From contig OZ037770.1 of the NCBI GenBank assembly GCA_964035545.1, positions 12,576,642-12,640,641 of the forward strand: a stretch of 64,000 nucleotides of DNA, written 5' to 3'. The DNA comes from Bugula neritina. Lineage: Eukaryota; Animalia; Bryozoa. Below are positions 26,644 through 39,700 of this stretch, one piece after another (the stretch's first letter is position 1; each line of letters opens with the position of its first letter). The notes below the pieces were generated by a model that saw nothing but the letters and a program-made list of their open reading frames with translations, was not told the origin of the DNA and did no database searches. Both the position numbers and the translations under genes were made by a program.

Positions 26644-27734
26644 ATTTTTCATGGGTTAAAGTCAACACCACACTGGTTGCTAGCACAGGACAAAGAGTTA
26701 AACTTGACTGGCTATTTGCAAGGAAATTCGCATCGAGATTCTATTTAAAAATCCGACAGACAACTCCAAATATGAAGTAAGTGTTTGGCTTTTTGCCAAG
26801 CTAATAATATTTTTATTTATTACATAAAATTAATAAATCATAGATGGCATAGCCTAATTATATGCATATAGGCATAAATCATGACACCAGCCTATTTAAA
26901 ATTTAAAAGTTCACCAGATGTCATCTATTTTTTATAAAGTGCAATAAATCATATAATATTACAATTAAAGGAATAATTTTGAAACTACAAATGAATAGTT
27001 GTAGAAAAAATTGTAAATTTATTACAAAAACCAATTTATATAAATTGAGTAAAAATAATTTAGGTCTTACAGAAACAGAGTACAGTTACTGGGTATAGTA
27101 ATTTCACTTGGATGGAGCAATTTCTAGCAACATCACAAATTAAGAAAAAACTGAGTTGCCTATAGGCATATTTTGAATAAAAAGAAAGAAATATATTATA
27201 TTATATACGCCATATAAATTACTATGGAATACAAAACAAAATACTCAGAAGTATCCAACTGTGTGTTACATTTTCAGTATAAACTGTAGTCTATGCCTGT
27301 TGGAAAGATATTTCTTTGTATTCTAATATAATATGAGTATATCATATATTCATCATATAATTTACAATAAATGATAGGGAAGACTTGATATCCATATTCA
27401 GATATGCAGAGACATTCATGTTAGAAAGAGTCACTAATTGATATTTATAACCCTGATGCACCATTTTGCTTGAGTATTTTACTAGTATATACATGTATGT
27501 ATATACCACTTTAATCCAGTAGCTTCATCTACTGTAGCTCAGTGTTTTATTCTGACACTTTTCTAACTTTTAAAACTTATAACTTTTATCAAGTTGATCT
27601 GATAGCCTCATGACATTTTATCTGATGAGTATTTACATATACAAAACTATTCCTAATATATCATGTAACATAGGCTCTATTTAATATAATAATATTGAAC
27701 ATTTCTTCAGTAAACTAAAACTATCTCTAAAACA

Positions 27735-27851
<117 letters not shown>

Positions 27852-29099
27852 ACACGCTGAAATGTAATTACCAATTTATTACTAGATGCTACACTATATG
27901 ATATATATTACTATAATGTATGAAATAATTCTACAAAAGTGAAGCAATAACTATATATTTGTGGGTGGCAATGCAGTTTATAATATAACTATTTGCAATG
28001 GTTGTATATTATATATTTAATGTTTTTTATTTTGAAAAATGTACTGAAACTCACCTCGCATATAAAACTTATCCACAGCTACAGATGATCACACACCAAC
28101 TGGTTCCAAACTGGCAACTAGCAACTACCTCATATTACACGGATATGAACTAAATTTCCCTATGACTCATTATATTATCGTGATGCAATAAAGCCAAAAA
28201 TCTGCAATATATCTATGTGTGCACTTCCAGCCAAGATGTCATGAAAATTTATGGCAACTGTGGCAAGAGTTGTTGGTCTAACTGTTTTCCTATAGAGCTT
28301 CATGGTAACTTAAGTTAATTGATCCTAACAATATAATTATTATTATTGTACAAGTAGAAGCTAATTTGTCAAAGCTAATCAGTGCCCTTGCTAAATGCGT
28401 AAAGTATAAATTTCTGATCAATGAATCTGTTACTGTAATACTGGACAAGCTGCCTGTTGTCTGAACATGCCAATATTGCATCTTTCAGCTGTTTTAATTG
28501 CATGAACAGGTGCATGGTGTCCATAATATTATGCAATGCCATTAAGGAATGTTATAATTTGTGAAAAGACAACTCCACTTTTTAGCCGCATTGTGGTTGT
28601 GAAATCTTTTTTTTTACAATATTATTTTGATTTATCTAACGCTCACAAACTTTTACATATTTTATATTTTTAAATTATCTAAATTTTTAGTAAAAATTGT
28701 AATACTTGTAAGAATAGTCATAATTGTATTATAAATTCGATTGCACCAACACAGGTCACGAAGTCATCTTTTCCTATTCAGGGAATTCCCAAAAAAAATC
28801 CGAATAGTAAATGTAATATTAATAATAATAATACCAACAGTATCAGTATCATTATAGCCATAGCCCATAGGTATAAGTAAAAGTATACTTATTTTTATAG
28901 TTATACTACAATTATAAATGATACCATAACTATAAGTTTAACTATCACTATCACTATGACTATGACTATGAGTATGAGCATCACCGTTAACTTGTGTAAT
29001 ACTAATAGTAATAGTAATACTAATTGACTAATTCAGTGTGTAACTGTAAGCGTGTATCAGTGTGTCACTATCAGTATTAGTATGAGTATCAGGATGAGT

Positions 29100-29186
29100 A
29101 ATAGGCCCAGTAACGGCAGGGTCTTTCTCTCCTTAGTCCACTCTTTCACGTCAGGAAGAGTGAGATACAGGAAACTACAGGTAAAG
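29100..29186 (+). promoter_or_regulatory. Candidate promoter and non-coding first exon of DIS3L2
   Basis: GGCCCA, a CRE-like TCACGTCA overlapping an ETS-like CAGGAAG (29146-29158), then a splice donor CAG|GTAAAG at 29180/29181, about 1.6 kb upstream of the ATG exon. Confidence 0.45.
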
Positions 29187-30781
29187 ACTTACTTTAACTT
29201 TAGTCACTAACTTAGTGTTACTGTTACTGTTACTGTTAGACTTGAGTTAGGGTGAATGTAAGTGTGTGAGTGTCACTATCAGAATGAAAATGATAATTGT
29301 TCGTTAGTGAGTAATAATTAGAGTGGAAATTTTATAATTGTAAGTTGCTATTCAATCATACTCATAGTCATACTGATAGTGATAGTGACACTAACTTTAT
29401 TTACATGGCCAACATAGGTGTGAGTATGACTATGAGATAGTCACAATTGCAATATGACTAATTCTCAAATCATGACCCAGAGTCTCAGCTCGTGCCATTA
29501 TAATTTAATTAAACACTATGTCTACTAGTACTACTATGGTGTTAGTATTGATGTTAGACTTAGTGTAAGTGATAGACAATAGTGATGCTATACCCATAAT
29601 GGTAGTGATACTGATAGTGATACACTTACAGGGATAGGGATGTTTATACTGATAGTAATAGTTAGTAGTTATACTTATTATTATACTAATGAGGATGCTG
29701 TTAGTGTTACTGATAGTGATATTTACATTAATATGATGTTTAGCTGTATACCTTAAAGTTAATCTACATTGAATTTGACGACCTTGAAGTTGACGATTAT
29801 TAGGCTTATTATAATTTAAATTATGATAAATTAAAAAGTATTATTATTATCCCCATAATCATAATAATCATAATGGTAATGTTAAGAATTAGTGTGCTGT
29901 TTGTCTGTCATCTTTTTAATTGAATGTATTTCAATTTGTTGAATCAATTATTGGTTTACAATACAGTAGAACCTATAAGTAAAAGGGGCTCATCAACTTT
30001 TTTGTCTTGTGAATATTAATATGACTTTCAGTTTTTCTCTTGATTTCAGAATACAGTCAAAGAGTAATAATAATACTTTTAGATATTCATATTGGCATTT
30101 AAGTATTTCTTTGTCGACTAGATGATTTGTTTTAAAGCACTGCATGGAATTTTAGCGAATAAAGGGTTTTGAATTTTTGTTGTTTTACTAGATTTAGTTA
30201 TGATTTTTATTATCACTTTTGTGTGATTCTTTTTAAAGGGTATCAGTTAGTGATAAAGGTTGTTGCTATTAAAAAAGTATCTATTGTATCAATATGATTT
30301 TAATGAGTTTTAGTAAAGCTATAAGTATAATATAATACTTGAATGAGTTAAAATGCAGTTTGCAACAGGAAGATTATCCAACATAATGGAAACCATTTTT
30401 CTGTTATTTCATCATAATCTAGTAATTATATTATTTTTATTTTTTGTTGCTGTGGTATAAATAACTAGGCTCAATTAGACTTGCATTTCATCAATTAGGT
30501 CACTTTAGGCTTTGGGCATGATTTATCTGCAGTTTGCAATTTATTTTTAAAACTAAATCTGTTTCTATAAAATCTGTTATAAATTTTCAATTTTAGTTTA
30601 TTGTATGCTTAATTTTTATGTACACTGGCATGGAGTGTGTCTAATCATCTAGCCAATTTATATGCTATCTATATGCCATAGATTTATGTGTCTTTGTAGG
30701 GGCATTTTTGTGTTAATGGAGTATAGCATGCTGGTAATTTAAACTTAAATAATATTTTAAGATTTTAAAGAAAATCTACCC

Positions 30782-33700
30782 ATGGAGCCTGAAAACTATT
30801 TGGCTTTCCCACATCTTGTAACAGATGATGCAAAGTCGCAGAATCAACTACAATCAACCGCATCTCCATCTAAGAGAAAATCTAGGTATCTTTATTAGTT
30901 TTTATGTGTGTGAGACATTTTTCTTAACTGTTCATTATGCAACTAAATATACTAAACCCAATAAAAGTTCAGTCTCTTTTGGTTCTTGTGCCATTTAGCA
31001 CTTTTTATACTAGAAAGATTGAAACCTACTGTGGAGATCCTTTCTCCAATTGGTTTAGTGTATAAGAATGCCTCTTATAACTAATAGACCTGGTTAAATG
31101 TTACTTTAATCATATTTTTTCTTGACAATGTTGTCTTCCTGAATTTTAAGCCATGTTATTTTACATTGTTGGTCTCAAAATTTATAATAATACAAAATAA
31201 CCCTTCAATTTAAATAAAGTTCTCGTTTAGCTTTAGAAAACTGAGGAACATCTTTTTTTTTTCATTTATTTCTTATTTTCAACAGCTGATAAAAATATAT
31301 AATTTTGGTGAATATTCTTAGTCTTTTGTTGTCATATACAGTGTCATTTGGAACGGTAATTTTAAATCACGCCACAGTCACCATTATTTTAGCCATTTTT
31401 TGATAAATTTGTTCAATAATTGGATGAAATTATATCATTTCCATAATAATAATATTTTGCATGTTTTATTGATGCGAATATATTACCAATTATAAATTTA
31501 ATGCAAAACTTAAAAGTTATGAATATGATATTGTTTCATATTCAAACATATAAGACTTAACAGTTTACTGTCAGCTACAAATTGTGTTCACAGGTCTGCT
31601 AGAAAGAAAGCAGATGGTAAACCGGCCATAGGAGCTGGGGACCAACAAAATGGTGTTGTAGAGCAGCACGGAGACAGCTCGGTACAAGCATTGAGGTTAG
31701 TGATAGGCCAAATTATGCTACGGAGCATTCAATTGGCTTATTCCGTGCAATTCTTTTCAATGTACCATTTTGATGTGGGTTTTGTTGAGTTTCTAAAATT
31801 AAGAGAAGTATATTTTAAGTTCTATAAATGTAATGCTTCATATTTTCCAGGTATTATTGCTTTCAGGTACATGTATCATTTGCTTGCAGAGTAAGTGGTG
31901 ACACTGAAAAGTCTAAGTTAGCCGGATCTCCTGGGAACAAGGTCACACCTAAACCACATGGAGACAGCCAGCACGGGGCGAGGTATGACGTCCCGTAGTA
32001 TTGTTTTTGTGTTTCTTCAAAGAAATAAGGTTTTATTTTGCCGCTAATCTTTTTTAATTTTTGAGTTGTTTTTCTCCGTTATTTCTGCATTACTTTCCAT
32101 TATTAGAAGCTGGTGCAGGATTAAATGACACTTTTCAAATAGCGACTATAAACTTGTGTGAGTTTTTTTTATTAAGTGTTCTCCCAAAGATGTATGCTTT
32201 AAAGTTTAAACAAATGTCATTTATTTATACTCATATAAGATATTTCCTGTTGTAATGTGTTTGGTTCTTGAAGAGGAATTCGGCAGCAGACGAAGTGTGT
32301 GACGGTGAACCACCTGGAGCCGGCTGTCGAGGAGCCAGACAGAGACAGTTTCAGGTACTGGTCTCAGAAACATGTGGAGGAGGGAGTGGCAGCTGGCACA
32401 GTGGTGCAGGTATTCTATAAAATGTATACTCTACACACTGTATATTATACTCTACACTCTGTATATTATACTCTACACACTGTATATTATACTTTACACA
32501 CTGTATATTATACTCTACACTCTGTATATTATACTCTACACACTGTATATTATACTTTACACACTGTATATTATACTCTACACTCTGTATATTATACTCT
32601 ACACTCTGTATATTATACTCTACACACTGTATATTATACTCTACACACTGTATATTATACTCTACACACTGTATATTATACTCTACACACTCTACACACT
32701 GTATATTATACTCTACACACTGTATACACTGTATATACTCTACAAGTTTTATGCTGATAATTTACCAATTTTTTTCATATCCACAAAAAAGTGAAATGTA
32801 GAATGACACATTTTTCTATTTTGTAAATTCTTATTAAAGCTCACATTTATTCAGGAGGCTTTATCTCTGAAGGTTAAACTATTAAGTTTCCTAGCTGTAC
32901 TACATACAGTAGTTATTATCTTTAAAAAGGGAAATTTCCCTCCTCATCAGGGGACTTCCCCATAAATTTTGATTTCGCAATAATAATCCCCTTTTGTGGA
33001 ATTTATTAGCAATGTAACTCCAAAGTCCATAATTCAACTTCTTAAGTAACATATGTCAATTTTAAGATGTACTGAATTTATACCAGTCAGTTCACTTCCT
33101 TTGTTAGTTCACTTCCTTTGTTAGTTCAGTTTTTCTTGTCACCCTCCAGTACTGAGGAAGAGAGACCCAGTTTTGATGAATGACTATCTAACTCATATTT
33201 TGTCTAGACAGTTAAAGATAAATTGCCAATCAAACTCTGAATCTTGAATTTACATTGTTATGATTTGTTTCCCAATACATTTTTCTCTAGTTTGGACAAA
33301 TTGAAATTTTTGATGAGTTTTGCTGATTTTAATCTCAAACTTTAGTTACCACCTGTAATAACAGATTTTGTGTCATGTTGTTTATTTAAGTACTTATGAA
33401 GTATAAAGCTTCTAACGTAGTGTTCAAGCAATTGATTGAGAATTGGTTTGTATGAAATTCTAACAGTATGAAATTTCTAATACTTGTTAGAAAAACTTGA
33501 AAATTTTGACTTGCATCATCATTACAAATTAATCTGTATTGATTGCACCCGACAATAGAATGGTATTACTATTATTAGAACCCACTTGTTGGAAGCATTT
33601 GTTGCGCATTTTTTGGAAAATTGGATTTCCTAGGGTATGGTGTAACATTACAACAATGTCACCTAATTTGTTTAATCAAATTTTTTGTCTTTATTCCAAT

Positions 33701-36700
33701 TGGGAGTGCATAACTCCCGCTTTCTGTTTTTGTATTTTCGGCTGCAATTTTTGTTAATATATGATTCAGGCGGCTGGTTTGCACTTGAAACAAAAAAATT
33801 CATTCATGTAAACTTTGAGTTTAAGTAAACATATCATGTGTGTCTTGTATCTATTCAATTAAAAGTTTTTGGTTATATAGCCATCTGAAATTGTAGCTAT
33901 ATTCTGAGATCGATTTATTGTCACTAAATTTTTCATTTTTCTCGCATATTTTTTTGTATTTTGAGTTTTTTTTATTTCATATATGAATTTATATACTGGT
34001 TAAGTATTCAAAAAAAAATTTCTTTACGGAGTTGCCTCACTCTGATTGGTTGTAGGGTCCCATCCGAATCAACCCTAAAGACTACCGCCAGTGTTTCGTG
34101 CCACATCCGAGCGGTAGAATAGACATTTACGTCCCGTGGCGGAATCGTGCTATGAACGGAGACATCGTGTCTGTTTACTTGATGTCTAGAAACTTGAGTA
34201 AAGTTGATGTCAACTCATTGGAACAATATGCTAAGTTGAATAATCTCACTCTAAATAGACCTAGGTCTCACAATCTACAGAGGGGCGGCACTGCTAGCTC
34301 CCCTAAGTCAGGTACATGCTTGTTAGAATTTCTAAGTTGTAGTTAATTTTATAAATTTTTAGATTTTAGGCTAATGAGTCTTGTATTTGGGAAATAATCC
34401 ATGTGATATTAAGAAATAGATGAAATAATACATAAACTAGTAAAAGCCTAACAAATATTTTAGCTTTCAAATTTATAAACTAATTTTTTTAATTTAATGT
34501 GTATTTTTAGCGAATCGATTCAAACTAACGTCATTTTCATTATGTTAACTGTTACTCAATAATTTGATCATATCTTTAGTTGATATTTTTTTTTTTTTTA
34601 AAGTTGATGGGATATTTTAGGTTCTTCTATCAGTGAATATGAAGAGATTAGAGGTGTGTTATGAGTATAGTCATTATTGTCACATGTCCTTTACCTCTTC
34701 TACCTCCTTACAGCTGATACCTCCTTCACAGTACAAGATAGACTGGAATACACAAGACTTGGAGAATTTGTAGCTGTAAATCCAAAATTGATCTCTTTTT
34801 TAAAAGAAAAGTTTTCTGTGGATATTCCAGACAAATATCTGCAGCCAGTAGGAACAGTAAGTTATTTTTATCAAGTAGATACCTACATGAAATTCTCTGG
34901 AAATTAGGAATTATGATGAAAGCCAACATTTCCTTGATACAGTTTATAAATTTTATAAATATTTACTTCCATGAAGTTTTGTGTTGTGCATATAGGTTAA
35001 AGTAACATTCTAACTTCTAAATTTCATGCAATTAACTCTGAAGATGATGCAGAAGTATTGGACATATAAAGTTTACTTTACTTATTTGAATAGATAAAGT
35101 AAAAAACAAGAATGTTTCTCTTTTGTTTATTTTTACTGAAGTTACTATCCAGTAAGGATAATTTTATTTTTGATGAAATCCAAAGTTTCCTTGATGTAGT
35201 CTATAAATTCATTTCAACTTGAATGCTAATTAGAAAAGTTCAATAATAGGTACGCTACTCAGCAAGTACAGGCCACGTAACTAGATGTTTGTACTTTGTT
35301 TATTAAATGATATTTCATTAATAAAATTTTCATCATCTGCATAATGAGGTTTTTCGACTGTAAAAACAAATACTTTGCGGCTCAAAGTATGTCGTATGTT
35401 GTGTAAGTATGTTCATTTCCAGGTGGTAGGTATTGCTGAAGAGAAGAACACAAGAATAGTGTCTGGTAACCTTCAACCTAGAGCTAACAACAACCAGTTT
35501 GCTCTTCTTATACCCAGAGATAGCCGAGTACCTCGTATTGATATACCCATCAGTCAGTGCCCTAAAGGTATGCTAGTTTACCTGCTGGTGCTACAATTCA
35601 TTAGCATCTACACTTGTTTTATCTCATGTGGCAGAATTTTATTTTACTATCATGTATAATAAACCTTATGGAGCAGCCGTGGTCTAGGGGTTAGAGCGTT
35701 TGCCTAGTAAACTTGAAGTCATGGGTTTGAACCTAGACAAAGGCCATTGGTGATGTTGGGAAGAGCATCTAGCCATAATTGCTCCTGTGCCCCATCTGAA
35801 AAAGTCCTTAGCCTGTTCTAACAAAAACCCTTTCCATCAGGGGTTTCTCACAGGGATAGTGACTATAAACTTGCATGAGTTTTTATGTATAACAAAGCTT
35901 GCCATTTCAGTACAGATATTTTAGGCATTGTAAGGAGTTGCCTTCTTATTTGACTGTAGATTTTCTCAAACGACCTCAAGATTTCTCGAAAGTTTTGTTC
36001 GCTGCTCGAATAACTCAGTGGAGAGAAAATGTAGCTCGAGCCAATGGGTGAGAGCGACTGTTCTAGTAACTGGGAGTTACCTTCTCTATGAATATGTACT
36101 ATTTCTATGCACTACTGTTTTTGCTCTTAAATTATTTTATTTGATTTAATTGATTATTTATTTTAATAGAGTTTTAATTTAAAAGTATAATTAAATATTA
36201 TGACTTTTTAGCTAGTATGAAAGCTCCGTAAAATTTGTTCTGAATTGTATTTCGTTTGATGTTTTAGAATTAACTTAGTTTTTATTTTAGTAGTTTGACA
36301 TTAATCAAAACATTTTTGGCAGATAGTTTTGATATGTAAAAAGCTATTGGTGTTTCAGAGAGCTGTTGCGGGTCATCGGTAGCCCTTCTGAAATAGAACC
36401 TGTAACTGAGGCTATATTTATGGAACATGGCATAGATTATGACAGCTTTTCTCCCGAGGTACCCCTTATTCTACCTTGGAGTTGAATAGAGTGTAGAAGT
36501 TTATAAAAACTTATCTGTGATTTAGACAACAGTTATATTGTACTAGTGGTTTTACTATTTATTTCTTTTGATGCCAAGCTAGTTTTTTGGATTAAATGGA
36601 AATTGTACTGCTTTCATTATTTACGTCTGTTAGTAGCGTGTCTGCTAGTAGTACGTCTGCTAGTAGTACGTCTGCTAGTAGTACGTCTGCTAGTAGTGCG

Positions 36701-39700
36701 TCTGCTAGTAGTACGTCTGCTAGTAGTACGTCTTTTATATTTCCAGAATATTCTCAAGGTTGTTCTGTTTCCATTTTTGGATTGAAATTTGAAACTTACA
36801 AATATGCACAAATTGAACAGAATAGGGTCTGGCGTTTTATTACTATTAACTAAAACTGTATACATGTAGTTTGAACTGCTGAGCTGTGAAAGTTTGCGTG
36901 ATTTGACAAACAGAAAGTCTGATAACAGCATACGCATAGTCTGAGTTGATGTTGACAGGTTGAGGGATGCCTGCCTACACAGTCTCCCTGGGTTATACCT
37001 GCAGAAGAGTACAGGACTAGGAGAGACTTTACTAAGGAGTGTGTATTCACTATTGACCCTGCTACTGCTCGGGATTTAGATGACGCTCTCTCAGTTAAAG
37101 CCATCGGAGAAGGTGGGTCAGTTCGTGATGTCATTTCCCCTGATTGTAGAAATGCAGTCAAGTTTTTTAGTGTTCAACATGTTTTTTAAAGAACACTTGT
37201 ATGTTGGCTATAAATTTTAGCAAAATATGCCATGCATTATTTGCACCTTTTATGTTGCAGTAAGTATATATATGACATATTAGATATCCTGAATGGGGAA
37301 ATACAGTGCACAAATTCTAGGAAGTTGAAATTATAATACTATTATAATTATATTATAATAATAATATTTGTTTTCATATTTTGATATGTTTTACTTTTCA
37401 TTAATAATCTTTTTACTTTTAATAACTTTGTGTTAGCAGCATCGTGATATTAGCTGATAAATCACAGTCATTACTCTTTCATCAGATACCTACGAGGTTG
37501 GGGTGCATATAGCGGACGTCTCGTACTTTATACAAGAAGGATCTGCTCTTGACACAGCTGCAGCATCTAGAGCTACTAGCGTGTACATGGTGCAGAAAGT
37601 CGTGCCGATGCTTCCCAGACTACTGTGTGAGCAGCTGTGCAGGTAAAATATAGACAGACCTAAAGAGCTGTGCAGGTAAAATATAGACAGACCTAAAGAG
37701 CTGTGCAGGTAAAATATAGACCTAAAGTATAATACTAAGATATAGCCCTGGAAAACAGACTGTGTAGAAAATATATAATATTGGATCAATGTAGCGCACA
37801 CAATATTATATTATATTGCGTAATGCCTTTTAGTTTATTATATATTATGTGAGAGCAAGCATTGTCTAGAGGTTAGAGCGTTGGTTTAGTAAACACCAGG
37901 TCATGGGTTCCAACTCCAATAAATGTGAAGTTGGGAAAAGCATTCAGTCATAATTGCTCCTGTGCCACAATAGATAACAAATCTTTAGCTTGCTTAGTAG
38001 AACCTTTTTCATCAGGGGTTTTCATAGGTATTTCGTTTAAAACCCACAGAAGTTTTTTAATTTTTTATTATGTTATAAAAATATAATTGTATTTTATTAT
38101 ATATATTATCTTTACTGTTAGTCTAAACCCAGACGTGGAGAGGCTAGCATTCAGTGTAGTGTGGCATATTGACACGGAAGGCAATATTACTGACGAGTGG
38201 TTTGGCCGAACTATCATCAAGTCTTGTGCTAAACTTAGCTATCAGCATGCCCAGGTAACTGTGACACTGTATCACCACACTCCGTCGTTCTTATCTCCCC
38301 ATATTTATATCAATTTTTGACAACTCAAAATTGTTTGGTTTTCATATTATATTTTACAGTATTATGCACATTTTGCAACTTTAACAATTTTAAAATTTAG
38401 CTACGAAATTTAGTAGTTATATGATTGGTTACGAGTAATCAGAATTATTTGCTGTTTAAAGGGTGTTTTTTCGTTATTTATTAATTTATCCAAGCTTTTC
38501 TGCAGCTGCGCCTGTGTCAACCTCTGGTACAAAGTAAAGCAGTTACACGACTATACACACTTCCTTGCACATTGTTGAATGCAGATGTACAATAAGCAGA
38601 TGTACAATAGGCAGATGTACAATAGGCATGTGTACAATAGGCAGATGTACAATAAGCAGATGTACAGTAGGCAGATGTACAATAGGCAGATGTACAATTC
38701 GTTGTAATATCCTGTCTCATTCTGGTGTCAGGGTTTCATTGAGAATCCAGAGCGAGTCTGGAAAGAAGAAGAATTACCTCCGATATCTGAGGGCTTTTCC
38801 ATAGATGATATAAAAGAAAAAGTTCTTCTTCTAGACAAGGTATTGCAGCTGCACATGTGTTTCTATAAATAATATTAGAGACACATTTGCTTTATAAGAC
38901 ATGGTCTTACAGTTGTACACTTGTTTTCTACCCTATCTACCAAGCATTTTTTCTGGAATAGTTTGATAGAAATAAATGACTCACTAGAAATATGTATTAT
39001 ATGATTATATATTCTATTTGCAACATAAGGCAATATTTTATAGCGGTTCTACATGGCACTTGCAATATAATGTAGTAATGTTGTTTGTTATTATTTGATT
39101 TTATTTTATGGTATTTTAACGTAAAATTATTTATATTCATTAATTTGTCATATTTTGTATAATGCTACATGTTATTTGCAATTTGATATTCCAATCTTAT
39201 TTAAATATTTTTGATTTTGTATGTTAATATATAACTTTTTATATTATGTATGATATAAAGTTATATTATTGATCATTTTCAATGTCTCAACAGATGGCTA
39301 AGTGCATGAGGAAGAGGCGATTTGATGGCGGGGCGTTACGTCTGCAGCAGATAAAGCTCTCGTACATCCTCAACCCAGACACCTTCTACCCCACAGGCTA
39401 CTACGTCTATCAGATCAAGGACAGTAACAAGTGAGTAGCTCGTGTCGTTGACCTGCTTAACGTCTTCATACTCTAATATTGTCGTAATTATTATTAAATT
39501 CTGGTTGTTTAATACGTTTGAAGCTCCTATAAAGTTCAGGTTTCATGTAAGATATTTGGTAGTTTTTGGGATTGTATTTCTCGCAACATAATGTAATGAC
39601 AATCAAGTTTTTATAACTATGATTTAAGAGTTTGAGTTTAATTTTCTTCAACTAATCCACTTTTCTTCAGGTTCAGTTGTGTTTTTTAGGTGATAAATGA

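Noticed and set aside
28111-28132. TGAGGTAG let-7 seed on the - strand, upstream of DIS3L2 (which degrades uridylated pre-let-7)
   Set aside because: The rest does not match let-7 and no complementary arm forms a hairpin. One 8-mer is expected by chance in 64 kb.
35670-35745. tRNA-like sequence with A and B boxes
   Set aside because: It is the head of a dispersed SINE. It has no complete cloverleaf and is followed by the shared SINE body.
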